A stretch of DNA of 17,228 nt, from assembly GCA_039803745.1 (NCBI GenBank), contig JBDRZD010000041.1, positions 1 to 17,228 of the forward strand, written 5' to 3'. The position numbers and the translations under genes are program-made. This stretch comes from a candidate division WOR-3 bacterium. GTDB taxonomy: Bacteria; Hydrothermota; Hydrothermia; Hydrothermales; Hydrothermaceae. Below are positions 16,582 to 17,228 of the stretch, piece by piece. The notes beneath the pieces were generated by a model, which was not told where the DNA came from, did no database searches, and worked only from the letters and a program-made list of their open reading frames with translations. Numbering within the stretch: the first letter of the stretch is position 1; each line of letters begins with the position of its first letter.

Positions 16582-17145
16582 TTATATTTTACCAATCAAA
16601 TCAAGCCCTGGCTTTAATGTATTTTTACCTGGCTCCCAACTTGCAGGACACACTTCACCACCATGTTCACGAACATAAATGCAGGCTTTAAGTTTCCTCA
16701 AGATTTCTTTTGTGTTCCTTCCAATACTATTATCATGGATTTCCATATATCTTAAAATTCCATCAGGATCAATTATAAAAGTTGCTCTCAGAGAAACACC
16801 TTCATCTTCAAGATATGTTCCAAATTCTTTACATAATTTACCTGCAGGGTCAGCAATCATTGGATATTTTACTTTTTTAATTGAAGGTGAAGTATCATGC
16901 CATGCTTTGTGAGCATAAACTGTATCTGTACTTACAGAGAAAATTTCAGCATTAAGTTTTTTGAATTCATCATAAAGTTCAGCAGCTTCCTCAAGTTCTG
17001 TAGGACATACAAAGGTAAAATCAGCAGGATAAAATATAAGGACTACCCATTTACCTTTATAATCTGAAAGTCTCACCTTTTTTATCTCATTATTATGATA
17101 AGCCTCTAACTCAAAATCTCCCACTTTTTGGTTTACTTTTACCAT
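16582..17145 (-). CDS. ahpC: Alkyl hydroperoxide reductase C (typical 2-Cys peroxiredoxin)
   Basis: FYPADFTFVCPTE, IGRN..EILRK, resolving GEVCPASW, 187 aa, SD AGGAGG. Confidence 0.96.
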   Translation of the reverse strand: MVKVNQKVGDFELEAYHNNEIKKVRLSDYKGKWVVLIFYPADFTFVCPTELEEAAELYDEFKKLNAEIFSVSTDTVYAHKAWHDTSPSIKKVKYPMIADPAGKLCKEFGTYLEDEGVSLRATFIIDPDGILRYMEIHDNSIGRNTKEILRKLKACIYVREHGGEVCPASWEPGKNTLKPGLDLIGKI

Positions 17146-17165
17146 TTTTACCTCCTTTTTATTTT

Positions 17166-17188
17166 AATAGGACCATTTTAGTCTTATT
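17166..17188. promoter_or_regulatory. Imperfect palindrome, candidate repressor operator (Rrf2/IscR-like)
   Basis: AATAGGACCA-TTT-TAGTCTTATT: 8 of 10 arm positions are complementary. It lies between the -10 element and the ahpC SD. Confidence 0.65.
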
Positions 17189-17199
17189 TTAATATTTTA

Positions 17200-17228
17200 A
17201 TTATACAAGATTTTTTAAAAATTTTCAA
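17200..17228 (-). promoter_or_regulatory. Sigma70-type promoter for the oxidative-defence operon
   Basis: Minus strand TTGAAA (17228-17223), 17-nt spacer, TATAAT (17205-17200). Confidence 0.75.

Noticed and set aside
2272..16912. Short alternative-frame or antisense ORFs (2272, 3891, 5164, 6699, 7060, 7127, 10051, 11784, 11908, 13165, 13261, 13391, 14717, 16048, 16679)
   Set aside because: All lie within or almost wholly overlap well-supported genes, show no recognisable motifs, and look like shadow ORFs.
6364..17145. Selenocysteine or stop-codon readthrough in the redox enzymes
   Set aside because: Catalytic positions are ordinary Cys and the ORFs are full length; the fumC TGA is followed immediately by TAA.
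17150..17228. PerR or Fur box in the operon promoter
   Set aside because: Only a TATAAT half-match that coincides with the -10 element; the clear palindrome is of a different type.
1..17228. CRISPR arrays, tRNA/rRNA, IS elements, riboswitches
   Set aside because: The window is almost fully coding; no intergenic gap is long or structured enough, and no direct-repeat arrays or transposase motifs were seen.

Overview
AT-rich bacterial DNA, probably from a thermophilic anaerobe or microaerophile (inferred from the Ile/Lys/Glu-rich proteins, AGGAGG ribosome-binding sites, sigma70-type promoters and a lipobox). The right two-thirds (17145 down to 6364, minus strand) is one tightly packed 15-gene oxygen/peroxide-defence and iron-handling operon: ahpC, cydA, cydB, Prx6 peroxiredoxin, superoxide reductase, erythrin-VIT1 (MbfA-like) transporter, rubrerythrin, rubredoxin (missed by the ORF track), flavodiiron protein, a short bacterioferritin-like protein, a ferritin-like protein, fumC, a DUF1122-like protein, a second ferritin-like protein and a nitroreductase. 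It is headed by a near-consensus sigma70 promoter and a palindrome resembling an Rrf2/IscR operator, and is followed co-directionally by an lpdA with no partner dehydrogenase genes nearby. The left third holds the 3' part of a methylmalonyl-CoA epimerase, an M16B peptidase pair (catalytic plus non-catalytic subunit), and a divergent unit of htpX (with an EF-hand-like insert), a small lipoprotein and a membrane protein. No RNA genes, CRISPR arrays or mobile elements were seen. All family calls come from motif recognition by eye, not database searches.
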